DNA of 63,309 nt, filler included, from Reclinomonas americana ATCC 50394 (Eukaryota): assembly GCA_048213135.1 (NCBI GenBank). It is 6 parts of 4 records of this genome, joined end to end, with 100 filler letters (N's around TTAATTAATTAA, not from the genome) between each part and the next. Parts side by side here need not be neighbours in the genome. Positions count along the whole stretch, not along the records: positions 38,485 to 60,551 come from PS015017.1; positions 60,652 to 63,309 come from PS015018.1; 4 more parts are not named here. One strand, given 5' to 3'. The translations under genes were made by a program, and so were the position numbers. The notes below the pieces were generated by a model. The model had not been told where the DNA came from, searched no databases, and was given only the letters and a program-made list of their open reading frames with translations. How positions within the stretch are numbered: the stretch's first letter is position 1; the number at the start of each line of letters is the position of its first letter. Below are positions 49,921 through 62,580 of the stretch, piece by piece.

Positions 49921-52900
49921 CTACACTGACGGTGGCGACATCAACTCATGCTCTACTTCCTCCTCTCCGTCGTCGTCTTCATCGTCATCATCGTCATCAT
50001 CCTCGTCCGTACTGTGACCACCACCGTAGCGAGTCGTGGGCGACATCAACGATTCGAGCTTGTCGGCACTGGCGGCGTTGCGCTGCTGCAAGCGACGCAA
50101 GCTGCGGCGCAACTGGTTCTGTGTTTCCACACGCTCGTGCTCGTGCATGCGGCGCTCCTTGGCCAACAGTGTCTGCAGCCGCTGTACCTCCTGCTCCAGG
50201 GTGAGACGCGCCTCGACTTCGCGTGACCATCTCTGCTGCAGCGTCTCAATCTGGAAGCGCGCACTCCGCTTCACCGTCGCCACGTCCTCGTGGGTGCCAT
50301 GACGCGACCGACCCGCACTGAGCGGCGACGTCATGGCGCTGGCTGGTGTGGCCGGCGACTGCCCGGCACCCATGATTCGTGCCGACGACGCGCCAGAAGC
50401 GAGCGGCGAGGTCGCCGACTCGAGCTGCTTGCGGAAGCGCGGACGCTTGGTGATGACGCCCGGTGTGCTCTCCGTGGCCGACGGTGTCGTCAGCAGGCAC
50501 GGAAGGCCCACCACAGCGTACGCGCCGAGTGGTGACGACGATGCGGCGGCCGTAGGTGTGGGTGTGAAGGCACCGGCGGCGGCAGTAGAGTCCGCCGCTG
50601 CGGTGATGGCCGACTTGAGGTAGGGCGAGCAGAGTGCAAAATCGGCCGCCTGCGGCTCGTCAAGTGGGAACGCCACGGTGGCCGGCTGCAACGACACACA
50701 ATTGTTGAGGAGACCTGATCACCTATCCACGAGCACTGTGGAAGATTCTCACCTGATCGCCTCGCAGCTGTGCGTGCACCGCTTCGGGAACCACAAACAC
50801 GGCCACCTCCATGTCCTTTTCCACATCGGCTTCGTAATCGACAGTGGCATTCAACGCCAACTCCTGCGCAGAGGCAGGTGAGAGGGGATGCAACGAAATG
50901 CATAGAGACGGGAGAGGAGAAATGCCAACCTCCAGCTGCGGTCGCTTGGAAGTTCGCACGTACGCACACAGTGGCGAGGCCGAGCGGACTGCACAGCGTG
51001 GATGTGATGAGGAGAAGGAAGAGTGAGAGAGACATACTGGCAGCCGTCACGCACCGTGATGTGAAGCCGGAGTCTGCATCTCCGACGAGGCCGGCGTGCG
51101 CACCACATCCACCAACTCCTCTCCCGTGGCGCGCTCGGACGACAGCGCCGAATCGCCGTGCGCAACCTCGGTTGATGGCGGCGGAGCTGCCGCTGACACA
51201 GCTGTGGCTGCCGCCGACACCACCGAGTGGGTGGAGGATTTCTGTGCACGACTGCTGCCGGTGCGCGACAACGGTGGTGAACGCGCCGCCGCCGGCACCG
51301 CCTCTGTCGCCACCACAGTCTCCACGGTCTCCTGCAGATCGGCCGTGTCCACGGCACGATCCACCACAAAACGGAACACGGGGCTACCGGAGCCCGACGA
51401 TGCCGCCGTCGGCGGCACACTCGGACCAGCACCATGCAGTGTGAATGTCGCACGGGAGCTGGCACTCAGTGGCGATGAGTTCTCGGTGGAACGCGCTGAT
51501 GTCGGCTCCACCTCTGGGTGACGCTGATGCTGCTGGCGCTCACGCACTCGATGCTGCTGCTGCGGAGGTGGCGGGGATGACGATGACGACGCCGGCAATA
51601 ACATGTCGTTGATAGGCGATGCGTACTCCAGTTCGGGCGTAATCGTGGTCGCCGGATCAGAGCCACGCCTGTCATCTTCCTCGTCGTACCCGCCGCACTC
51701 GTCGTCGCCAAACAGCTGGTCTTCGTCTGGCATGTCTCCGTCGCGACCAGCGTCCTCCTCCTCGTCGGTACGAATGCTGGACAGACTCGGCAGTGGTGAG
51801 TCCAAAGCCCCAGCAGCCTCCTGCGAAACAATGGGGTCAGTGGTGGAGAGACGGAGGGAAACAAGCGGTACGTGGCACACACACGACACACACACCATGG
51901 CCAGTTCGGCAACCGATTGCGGCTGCAGGGAAGGGCGGTACTTGCGTTTTGGCGACAGGGCGTGATTGATAATTTGCTGCACCTCCTCGGCGGCCGAATC
52001 CGAACCATCCTCGCTGCTGTCGGTGCTGTCGCCATCCATGTCGTCTTGGTCTTCTTCGCCCAGCAACTCACTGATCTCAGGAGACGGTGTGAGGCGATTG
52101 TGCTGCGCGGGGGGGGGGGGGAGGAGGAGATGCATGATGAGTACAAAAGGATCACGGCGCGCGCACTGCATTCCTACTTCTCACCGACGAATGCATGTCG
52201 CCTCCGGCATCCTCCATCGTGCTCCACGGCATGTCGGTGACCACACTGTTTTCGCTCGGTCCACGCGCACTGCCACCGCCAAACTTGCGATATCGGCGAC
52301 GGCCACCACCACGTCTCCCAGCATCTGCGCTCGCACCCTCCACCTCATCAAACTCCTCCTCCTCGCCGTCGTGGTAGTCACCGTACTCGTCCTGGTCGTG
52401 TTCGCGAGGCGATTGCTTGGGCGTCGATCGAGCGGAGGCACCGGGAGCGTGTGCATGATGAGCGCCGCGTGGCGACAGGCGCAGGCTGTGAACGGATTGC
52501 AGCTGGCGAGCGGTCAGTAGCGCATCAATGTATCGCGTCTTCTCCACAATTGAGCTGACGGTGAGCTTGGTGCGCGAGGGATGGCCGGCGTCGAACTGGT
52601 GGCTCTCCTCACACAATACGCGAGCGCGGCGCGCCAGTACATCGATGCGCCGGTCGAGGAAGCGCGACTGCGTCGACACTTGCTGCTTCATCGTTGCACG
52701 AGCCAGTGGTGTGTGGGTGCGGAAAGTAGACTCGTGCCGCGCGGCAGAGGGCGGTCGAGGAGCGGGAGATGAGTGACTGGCTGGAGACTGCAGTGGCAGG
52801 TGGAATGGCGGAATCGTGGGTCCTCCAGGCGACGACGCACTGACGCCCACCGACCCCGAGGCCGATGGCGGCATCAGTGGCGGTCGCCGACGTGGCGAGG

Positions 52901-54585
52901 CAGACATGTGACGCGGAGTGCCGGCGCGCACACCGGTGCCGCGCGGCGTGCTCGAATGCAACACAGTCTGCGGACTGCTGACACCCACGCAGCCGTCGTC
53001 GAATTCGCTGGCGGTGAGCCACGCTGGCCGCACATCCACAATGTCCATCTCCTGCGGCACTGGCGGAACCAGCAGCGTGCTCACGCGAATGTAGCCGCGC
53101 CAGCTAAAGACGCGCGAGTTGAAGTTGCGAGGCACACTAGAGCTCTTGTAGAGCGGCAGCGTGACGCGTGGCTGTGCGACAGCAACAAATGAGACGCGTG
53201 TAGATGGAATGCCGACGGAGGCACTTGCGCAACATAAGGTGGTCGGCCGCGCGTCTCCTGATCGACGAGCGGAGCGGCCGGTGACACGGCACGCTTCTGC
53301 TTGGCACCTTTCTCCGAATGACTGCGCGCCGAGTAGAAGACGGACGAGGCGGGTGTGTGGCGACCCTGCTGGCCGGCTGCTGCCGGACTCTTGCTGCGTT
53401 GTGCAAAGGGCACGGCCGAGGAGGAGCGGCGAGTTTGCGTGGGTGGTGGAGCGGCGGGAATCACTTCCATTTTCTTGATGACACCGCGCGACGGTCCTCC
53501 GGCAGCGGCCAGCGCCACCTGCATTGGCGACTTGACCTTTTGCTGGCGTCGCAGGTGACCGGTCTCCGAGGCCGGACGGGAGCGAATGAAGATGGGTGTG
53601 CGCTCGGCGGGCGCTTGCTTCTTGCCACTGACGACGGTGGTGGCGGGTGGACGAGATGCCGGTGGCGCGCTGTGACTGCGAAGTGGAATGTCCTTGTCGC
53701 CAAGGTCGAGGGGCACGGGTGGACGGCGAACGGGTGGGAGGGACGAGGAGCGCTGTGCGAAAAAAGATCAGGAGAGAGTTCAAGTTTACGCCCCTTCCAT
53801 GCAGAGTACGCTCTCACCTTTCTGTGATGGCACGTGTCGGCCCACTCCTGCAACATGATGTGCATGGCTCTTCTGTCGGTGCACCATTGCGCGAGGTCTG
53901 GAGCGACACGGCACAGAATTCAGTGGACTGCAAAACACGCATGCATGTGTGACCGTGAACAGGCAAACCCACGCACCCGCAGCGTAGATTGGCAGCAGCT
54001 CCTGCGTGTACACGAGGAAACGCTGTACAGCGGCAAAAATACGCGAGCGTGTGGCCGGTGACCGACTGCGCGAGGTGAGCAGTTGAAAGGCGGGATCGCC
54101 GGCAGAAGTTCCACTCGCGCCGCCCGCGGCAGTCGGCGTACCTGCCGCTCGCAGGAGTCGGCGTTGATGGCGGTAGCGACGCAGGGCTGTCAATGCAGAA
54201 GAGCACTGCGTGGGGGCGCGCAAGTTAGGAGGTGCAATGGAATGAGGAGACGGTGTGCAGGTGGGGGGGGGGGGGGGGAGCCCGACCTCTTCGATCTCCT
54301 CCAGCCTGTGATTTAACGCGACGGAGTGAGATGGAATGGAGAGAGCAGTAAGCAGTGTGCGGAACCAACGCAACATGGCAATCTTGTGTCGCGTCTCCTC
54401 TCGCAACGCCGTTTGTCGCGGACCCGGATGATCGACGCGCACCTTGCGAACACTGGAGATAGAATTAGAGAGGGAGAAAGAGAGTGTGTCTCACACACTC
54501 TGCATTCGTTCTGGAGACGCAACGGATGCTCCGCGGCCGGTCCACCAGGCGAGTACACCAGAGTCGATGTGTCGTAGTACCGCAT
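49921..54585 (-). CDS. Large multi-exon low-complexity hypothetical protein(s) with C-terminal coiled coil; may be more than one gene
   Basis: Long minus ORFs 52152-53783, 51047-52171 and 49921-50697 with intron-like breaks. No family recognised. Confidence 0.4.
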
Positions 54586-54669
54586 CGAAACCGGCGTGTG
54601 CNNNNNNNNNNNNNNNNNNNNCGTTTGTCTCACCTCACAGACACCGCTCTCTCTTGTCACTCGTCGCTC

Positions 54670-54718
<49 letters not shown>

Positions 54719-55860
54719 GCGCGATTGGCGATGATGTGACCGTTTACAGTGGGATTGTGTAAATGCAGGTTTTTGTCGGTTTCTGTGTTTCTGAGAGTGG
54801 AATGTGTTGGCGAGCGATGGTGTAGCTCTGGGAAGATGGATATGTAGTAAAGGAAAGAAGTTCTCGACACGAAGCAAGTTTACGATGAGAAACTGAAAAG
54901 AAAAACAGCAGGTGCTCGAAGCAGAAACTCGTGGCGTGAGCAGTGGAGGTCACAAGGCACTTGCATTGAAGCTGGCGGTTGTGCAAGCGAAGCTGCGAGA
55001 CAACTTGGAGAAATCGCACTTCTCCTCATTTCGTGCAAAAAATTGCAATTGCCCGAAGCGCGCAGTTTACCCGTGGCACCGGCAGCGAGCGGGGGAGTTG
55101 GAGTTCCACGCGCTGCTGCTCGGGGCTTTGCAGGAGAGACTGCAAGCTGGGGGAGGCAGGTGAATTGCAGTTGCAATTGCAAGAAAATGCAAAACTGGTG
55201 GCCAAAGCGGAAACATACGATGCACTGGAGATTATACGCGCGACCAGCTGCAGCTTGCGCTTCAAGCCTGGCCGTGTACAGCTGCAGCGCACTGCATTCT
55301 CTTGTCGAGATTTATTGATCGCGCGCGATAATATCGCAGCAAGTTGCGCAGCGCTGCATGTTTTCGAACACCCACACGCAGCGTCGTGCATCAGCGTCAC
55401 AGGAACGCCCACCCTCCTCGTCGTACAAACCCCCTCCCTCTTGAGCTCGCTGCGAGGCAGCACAATGCGGAATACCACACATTGACGCATCACATGTATC
55501 ACGTGCGCTGCGCGTGCTGCGCATGCACATACCAAGCACGTCGCACCACACTCTCCGCCTCCCACACACGCGCACACCAATTCCCGCGCGCAAGCACAAC
55601 ACCCGAGGCAGACAACGCTATAAAAAAGGGAGAGTCGTTGCATGCACACATGCACATGCAATATTCACAGCACCGCGCTCCTCTCCCTCCCTGCACACAC
55701 ACGCACACACACCACCACGTCTCCCTCGTCACACACACACACCTACAAGCGCATCACATGACAAAAGGTGACATCCGCGGAGCTCCTTCCTTTTTCAGAC
55801 GAGACACACACATTACTTTTTTTTCGTGTCTCTCTCACACGCACACTCTCTCCACACAAA

Positions 55861-56851
55861 ATGGCCTCTTCATCGCGATTCTTCAGTGGCGCTGCCAACG
55901 ACGAGAACCTTCTCGAGCTGCAACTGCAGCGACAGCAGGGCGAGGTGCGCCGCGCCTTTGAGCGCATCGACTCGTCGGCAGTTGGTGAGTGCAAAGAGAG
56001 AGAGAGACGCGCGCATGTGTGTATGTGCACTCACGCATGCACGTGTGCGCTCTTGTGTGTGTGTGTGTCTCTTTCTCTTTCAGGTGCGTCGCATGTGACG
56101 CGACGCGCGTTTGAGGAGCATGTGGCGTCGTATGGGCTCAACCCGCAGCGCACTGACATCAAGGTGCGTGTGTGTGTGAGAGAGAGAAGAGTGTGTGTGC
56201 GTGTGTGAGAGAGAGAGGATGCGATTTCACTTTTATGGTGCATGCGTATGTGTGTGTCTTATCGGACTTGCGCGTGTGTTTGTTTTGCTTGCGTGTGTGG
56301 AGTCGTGCACTTTTTCTTAGTGTGTGTGCACTTCCTCGCANNNNNNNNNNNNNNNNNNNNTTTGTGTGTGTCTGCTTGTGAGGGAGAGTCGTCTTGCATG
56401 TTGGTGCTCCCTTTGATGTTCCGCATTTTTTTGTTGCATGTGCATTGTGATGACGAGAGTTGTTTGCTCATTTGCTTTGTTGTTGTTTTTTTACAGGCGC
56501 TGCTCAATGAGATGGACCAGACGAACTCTGGCCACATCTCGTTTGACGAGTTCTACCGGCTGATGACCAGCCCCGTGGAGAATGTGCTGCAGCGTGCGTT
56601 TGCCGACAACCTTGCGCTGCCCAACTTCCACTCGTTCTGCGAGACTGGTGAGTTTCTTTTGCACTTGAGGGGGGGCGAGGAAGGCGCTGACTTTATTGTT
56701 GGTCTCGCCGCGCAGTCAAGCAAATGTTTGAGGAGGTCCGCCACTTGCACGGTGGTGAGGTCGCCACATACATTCCGCAGCTCGCCCTGCAGAACCCGGA
56801 GTGGATGGGCATTAGCATTTGCACGGTCGACGGCCAGCGATTCAACTATGG
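55861..56851 (+). CDS. GLS: Glutaminase, N-terminal EF-hand region and start of catalytic domain
   Basis: EMDQTNSGHISFDEF, LQRAFADNLALPNF, GGEVATYIPQLALQNPEWMGISICTVDGQRFNYG. Confidence 0.9.
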
Positions 56852-57111
56852 GTGAGTGTGTGCGAGAAGAGAGAGAGAGNNNNNNNNNNNNNNNNNNNNN
56901 NNNNNNNNNNNNNNNNNNNNNNNNNNNNNNNNNNNNNNNNNNNNNNNNNNNNNNNNNNNNNNNNNNNNNNNNNNNNNNNNNNNNNNNNNNNNNNNNNNNN
57001 NNNNNNNNNNNNNNNNNNNNNNNNNNNNNNNNNNNNNNNNNNNNNNNNNNNNNNNNNNNNNNNNNNNNNNNNNNNNNNNNNNNNNNNNNNNNNNNNNNNN
57101 NNNNNNNNNNN

Positions 57112-58346
57112 ATCCGGAGCCTGACGGAGCACCACCAGTCAGACCTGTGCGTGTGAGTGCGAGTGTGGTCAGTGCGTTTTGCACCTCAGAAATCGAGGGC
57201 GAGTGAAAAAATGGCACACAAACCGAGGGAGGTGGCCTGGATTGCGAAGAAATCGGCACCCGGGTCGGTGCGCTTCACGGCCTGCTGCACCAGCTGACCG
57301 AAGATAGAGAAGCCATACTTGGCCGTCAGACGCTTGTAGAACTCGCACGCACGGAACGAGTTTCCGCGCTCATCCAGCGGCGGCGACCAGAAAGTGATGC
57401 CCATGACGCCTGTGTATATACAACGGGACGTCAGTGATTCAGTGTGTGTGCGCGTGTCGCGAAAATAGAGACGACGAACCTGGGATCACCACCATGACGG
57501 CGCCCGAGACACCGGACTTGGCCGGCACACCCACCGTGCACGCCCACTCGCCCGACGAGTCGTACATGCCGGCGCACAGCATCATCTGCAGGGAGTTCTT
57601 CACGGTCTCCGACGAAACCACGCGCCTGCGTTGGTGTGAGACGACAAGTGCAAAACAACAACAACAACTACAACAAACAAGTTGATGCGCAACTCTCCAG
57701 TCAGCGGGCACACGCCGCCGTTGGCCAGGGTGGCAGCCATCACCGACATCTTGCGGGTGGTGATGAGGACAGAGCACACCTGGAAGTAGAACTCCAGCGT
57801 GTCGTGAATGTTGGTGCCCTCGGGGAACACGCCGTTCTCGTGCTGTGCGTTGATGAGTTTTTCGACAATCATCTCCTTCTCTCCCTCTGCACCTCGCACA
57901 CAAACTCACCATGTAGTACGCCAGAGCGTAGTTGCGGTCGGCAGTGTCCTTCTCCGACAGGTAGGTGGCCTGGTCGAAACCAACACGGGCGCCACCGGCA
58001 AAATCGGCAAAGCGCTTCAGCAGGTAGGCGAAGCGAGTGGACGACGCGGCCTTCTGGCGGATCATCGAGCACGACGCAATGGCACCGGCATTGATCATCG
58101 GGTTGTGCGGCTTGTTCTTGCGGTCGAGCACGAACTCGTTGAAGGCGCGGCCTGACGGCTCCACACCAATGTGCGAGTGCACCTGTGTGGCGCAATATTT
58201 TGTGCGATGAGCACGAGCAGAGAAAGCGTGTCGCACACACACACATACAGAGCAAACAAACCTCATCGGGGCCGCACTCCTCGCTGGCGAGGCAGTAGGT
58301 GAAGACCTTGGAGACGGATTGCATGGTGAAATCAATGTCCACATCG
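57112..58346 (-). CDS. GLS: Glutaminase catalytic domain, on a flipped contig
   Basis: DFTMQSVSK (SxxK), [77 protein letters not shown]. Confidence 0.93.
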
Positions 58347-58711
58347 CTGAATCAAAGAGAAATGACGCACATGTCAGTGCGAGGGAATCGAGGCNNNNNN
58401 NNNNNNNNNNNNNNNNNNNNNNNNNNNNNNNNNNNNNNNNNNNNNNNNNNNNNNNNNNNNNNNNNNNNNNNNNNNNNNNNNNNNNNNNNNNNNNNNNNNN
58501 NNNNNNNNNNNNNNNNNNNNNNNNNNNNNNNNNNNNNNNNNNNNNNNNNNNNNNNNNNNNNNNNNNNNNNNNNNNNNNNNNNNNNNNNNNNNNNNNNNNN
58601 NNNNNNNNNNNNNNNNNNNNNNNNNNNNNNNNNNNNNNNNNNNNNNNNNNNNNNNNNNNNNNNNNNNNNNNNNNNNNNNNNNNNNNNNNNNNNNNNNNNN
58701 NNNNNNNNNNN

Positions 58712-59095
58712 CGGCCTCAGCAGCCGCTCCTGCCTCCTCTGCCGCCGCCGCTGCCGCTGCGGCAGCAGCAGCTGCATCTGGTGCCTCGTCGTCGATGGCT
58801 CCTCCGGCAGCGACGCCGCGCTCAAGTCTCCCGGCGACTGCCTACTCGTCGCTGGACAGCTTTGACCGCTTCGGTGCCGGTGCTCGCACCAATGGTGCCG
58901 CCAGCGCCGTGTCCCCCATGTCCGAGGACATGGAGCAGCGCAAGGTACTTAAGAGAGAGAGAGAGAGAGAGAGCGAGGGAAGAAGAAGCAAGTGCGTGTT
59001 TTCTTACACTTTCTGTGCACGTTTCGCAGCGTGGCCGCGATGCCGAGGGCGACGCAGAGGCGCCAGTGATGAAGCGCCCACGCGCTCGCCATTAA
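58712..59095 (+). CDS. GLS: Glutaminase low-complexity C-terminal tail
   Basis: Joins in frame with 57112 (GGA T|CG GCC) and ends ...KRPRARH*. Confidence 0.65.
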   Translation, partial: RPQQPLLPPLPPPLPLRQQQLHLVPRRRWLLRQRRRAQVSRRLPTRRWTALTASVPVLAPMVPPAPCPPCPRTWSSARYLRERERERAREEEASACFLTLSVHVSQRGRDAEGDAEAPVMKRPRARH

Positions 59096-59292
59096 GCGCC
59101 AATTGGCGACCTGCCTGCTACTTATGATCCCGCAGCGCGCATACCAATGCGCGTTGCCAGTGCTTATCTTTTTTTCTTACTTGGCGGGGGGAGAGGAGAC
59201 CCCGAGTGAAGAGTGTGAGTGAAACGCGAGAGAACTAAACACACACGGGAGCTTCAATTCTACGACGATGAGGAGGGAACGGAGAACGCCGC

Positions 59293-60052
59293 TCACGTAT
59301 CCGCGGAGAGCATCTTGACCTCGGGCGCCGGGGCCGCAAGCACAGCCGTCGGCTTGGTGGAGGTGACGACCATGCCAAAGTCGGGGGCCGACAGACCGCT
59401 GGCGGCGTCGACCTGTGAGTGTGTATCACGACGAGAGTGAGCGTGGAGGGCCCCAGCAAGAGGAACGACGGGAGGGATGTGTACCTCACGCTGCGTGACG
59501 GCGGGTACCTGAGCCGCCTTCACGCGCTTCTTGTGAGTCCGCGTCTGGTAGTGCTCGGCCAGCACCGAGTCCGTGATAAAGTGCCGATCGCAAATGATGC
59601 AATAGCACTGGCCACCACCTGTGTGTGCGCGTGATGAGCAAGGAGGAGGAAGGGTGTGAGTGCGTGTGAGAGAGAGGCGCGATCAAACCAGGGAGATCAG
59701 GGTCGAACTCGCGCTTCTTGCTCTCGCCGGTGAGGACCTGCGCAAACACGAGTGCGCGTTAGAGTGTGGGGAGAGCGAGAGAGAGGAGAGAGAGAGAGTG
59801 AGTGATGCACCTCTTTTTGGATGCTTTCCTGGATTTGATCCATGTCCAGTGTGCTGTGTGTGTGTGGGTGGAGGGAGGGAGGGGCGGGTGAGCAAGGGCA
59901 TCAGTGAATGTGGCAAGAGATGAGGGGGCGAGAGAGCGCATCGGATGCATTCGTGCACCACATTCCGATCTCTCTCACACACACATGCACACGCTCTTTT
60001 CTCACCGGTGCTTCGTCTTGCGAAGATATCTTCCCTGTCGTGCGCGACCCAT
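59293..60052 (-). CDS. BUD20: ZNF593/Bud20 C2H2 zinc-finger ribosome biogenesis factor, 5 exons
   Basis: MGRARQGRYLRKTKHRTLDMDQI...FDPDLPGGGQCYCIICDRHFITDSVLAEHYQTRTHKKRVK. Confidence 0.9.
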
Positions 60053-60595
60053 GGTGGTTGCTTAGCGATGAAGTGAGTGTGACGGAGTGGATGGTGAGAG
60101 GACACGATCACGACGTCCACTGCATCGACAGTGAGCTCTCGCTCAGCAGCAGCAGCAGCAGCAAGAGCAGCAGGCAGCCGGCCATGAAACTGTGTGTGCC
60201 AAAGAAGCATCAGGAGCACATAATCGCTGGAGCCGACTCGCGAGAGAGTGCATGATCATGATCACGAGAACAACGTCGACGAGCTTCTGCTCTCACGCGC
60301 ACGTGTACACTTGAGGTGCGCACTGGCAGCTTTGTGCATTCTGCTATCGTACCCTGCGCTTGGCTTTGCTAGCTGCTTGGTGGGATCCGAATCCGCAGCG
60401 GAGGAATATTGGACTCGAACATGTGGTTGTCGTCGACGTCTTGCTATGCACACACAAAGAGATTGTCTCGCGTCTCAACACTGTCGTTCACATCATCTAA
60501 CTACTTCCCCATCACACAAGAAAACAGAAGTGGTGGACGCCCAGCGATATCNNNNNNNNNNNNNNNNNNNNNNNNNNNNNNNNNNNNNNNNNNNN

Positions 60596-60607
60596 TTAAT
60601 TAATTAA
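60596..60607. other. Artificial scaffold linker
   Basis: N44-TTAATTAATTAA-N44. Confidence 0.95.
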
Positions 60608-60651
60608 NNNNNNNNNNNNNNNNNNNNNNNNNNNNNNNNNNNNNNNNNNNN

Positions 60652-60813
60652 GATCAGCGGTCTCGTGATGATGCAGAACATGAAGTTGCGGGGGCTTCCT
60701 CTTCCTCTCAACGCCTCACTTCTCACTCTCGACGGCCGTGCAGTCATTTCCCAGTCACCATCATGGCCCTGGCCACCCATCTCCTCGCGCTCTTCTTCTC
60801 CTTCCATCACTGA
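60652..60813 (+). CDS. 3' end of a probable membrane protein
   Basis: Removing intron 60685-60743 gives ISGLVMMQNMNHFPVTIMALATHLLALFFSFHH*. Confidence 0.4.
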   Translation, partial: DQRSRDDAEHEVAGASSSSQRLTSHSRRPCSHFPVTIMALATHLLALFFSFHH

Positions 60814-60852
60814 GAGAGAGTGTATGTACATTGCTGCTGTTGTTTAACGTGC

Positions 60853-61614
60853 CTATGAAATGAGCGCTGCATGCATCTCCGGTCCACCGCTACCGCCATT
60901 TGCTCCTGCACTGCCGTCACGCGAGTGCTTCTCTCGTCGTCGTCGCAGTGCCGGCGCACCAGCAGCTGTCTCCTCGCCACTGCCGCCCACCGTGTGCAAC
61001 ACATACGCCAGCAAGCAGACCACGGTGCGCACTGCAAAGAGCGTGAGCACTCGCCTCTCCCCTCCACGCCAGCCTCCCCCGCGCAACTCACTCACCAAAC
61101 ATGGCATCGCAGTTCCACTGCATGACATCGCACACCGACCAGTTGATGAACGACAGCGGCACATTCGCCAGCGTCAGCACCGGCAACGCCCACTTGAGCA
61201 TGTCGTCCGCGTGTCGCCGTCGCCAGTGCAGATGCATGACATCAGGCGTGTGCAGGCGCAGCAGCTCGGCGAGCGCCACCAGTGCCGCACAAAACACACA
61301 TACCGCACCGACAATGATCCCGTGCCAGCCCATCCACCGAAAGAGCATGATGATGGCGTGCGGGATGCTGCCGTTGCTGTCGTGCTCCCACCGCAGTATC
61401 GCGTACTGGGAGACGAGCCCGTCGACCAGGAACGGTCGGTCACTGTGTGCGTACTTGGCTCCCTGCATGGCGAGAGGTGAGTTGTGTGGTGCCGCAACTG
61501 CCCGCCTGCCTGCCAGATACACACACACGTACGTGCCTTCCATATGTCGTGTGCCCCGAGACCGCCGAGCAGCAGCGCGATGCTGAGGCGAGCACACACT
61601 GCGCGCACACTCAT
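60853..61614 (-). CDS. Uncharacterised ~4-TM membrane protein, paralog 1 of a divergent pair (3 exons; first intron probably GC-AG)
   Basis: MSVRAVCARLSIALLLGGLGAHDIWK|GAKY...NGSIPHAIIMLFRWMG...NVPLSFINWSVCDVMQWNC...RTVVCLLAYVLHTVGG...EMHAALIS*. Confidence 0.7.
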
Positions 61615-61663
61615 CAATCACTCGAACTCTCTGTGCAGGACACCGACGATCGAGTGACTGACA

Positions 61664-62425
61664 ATGTGCGCGCGAAGACCACACGTTGCGCGTCTGCTCA
61701 GTCTCGTACTGGTGCTGCTTGTGGCCCTCTACGACGCCTGCACTGTTGCGTGGCGCGTTCGTGCACCAGCGTCGTCTGCAATCTCTCACATTGTGCGCGC
61801 TTGGCAGGGCACGTGGATGGTGCTCACCCAGCACCCTCATCGCCTGTTCGACCCCAGCCACAGCATGGACGACATGCAGTACTATCTGGCCCTCAACGGG
61901 CCCCTGATCAATGCCACATGGGCGGCGTTCCGCGTCGCCGGCTGCTTCATGATGATGTCGGGGGTGTCGGTGGTGGCGATCTTGTGCTGGCAGCGTGCCA
62001 CCTTCTTCTCCATGAGTGGCGGCACCACGGCCAGTGGGTGGACCGTGGACGTGTTTCTGGCGCTGTACTGCGTGCTGAATGTGCCGCTGGCGGCCACGGA
62101 GATGAACGTGTGCGACTCGAACGTGCTGTTCTGCCCGCTGTTGACGTGGCGCTTGAGTGCGCTGCTCTTGGCGTTGGTGTTGCATGTGGTGTACGGTGGA
62201 GCGGTGCCACGTGAGCGGCGGCGGCAAGACACGCCGGATGTGGAGTTGGCGACGATTGTCAGCAGCAGTGGTCACGGCGGCAACAATGTCGTCTTTAGCG
62301 ACGGCAGCGATGACGACGATGGCGACAGCGACGAGTTTTATAGTGACGAGGCAAGCGGCAACGGTCACACCAACGGGAACGGTGCCGACGAGGCCAAGAG
62401 GCCACTGCTGATCGCGGGCAGGTGA
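61664..62425 (+). CDS. Uncharacterised ~4-TM membrane protein, paralog 2 of a divergent pair (probable intron 61745-61807)
   Basis: MCARRPHVARLLSLVLVLLVALYDACT|GTW...NGPLINATWAAFRVAG...NVPLAATEMNVCDSNVLFC...RLSALLLALVLHVVYGG...EAKRPLLIAGR*. Confidence 0.75.
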   Translation: MCARRPHVARLLSLVLVLLVALYDACTVAWRVRAPASSAISHIVRAWQGTWMVLTQHPHRLFDPSHSMDDMQYYLALNGPLINATWAAFRVAGCFMMMSGVSVVAILCWQRATFFSMSGGTTASGWTVDVFLALYCVLNVPLAATEMNVCDSNVLFCPLLTWRLSALLLALVLHVVYGGAVPRERRRQDTPDVELATIVSSSGHGGNNVVFSDGSDDDDGDSDEFYSDEASGNGHTNGNGADEAKRPLLIAGR

Positions 62426-62580
62426 TTGCTAATTTAATGAACACAGCGCGTTTGTTGTTTCTTTCTTGTTCTCCGCGTACAACAGCCCCTTCATTCATCT
62501 CACACACACTCTCTCCCCCTCACCCCCTCGCTGCCTCTTCATCGTTGCCTGTGCTGCACGCGGCCGGGCCTCGCATTTTT

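Noticed and set aside
54880-55500. Lower-GC intergenic ORF or transposon remnant
   Set aside because: No transposase or reverse-transcriptase motifs, terminal repeats or splice structure found.
60860-61480. 206-aa plus-strand ORF
   Set aside because: It is the antisense shadow of the minus-strand membrane paralog, which is supported by homology to its neighbour.
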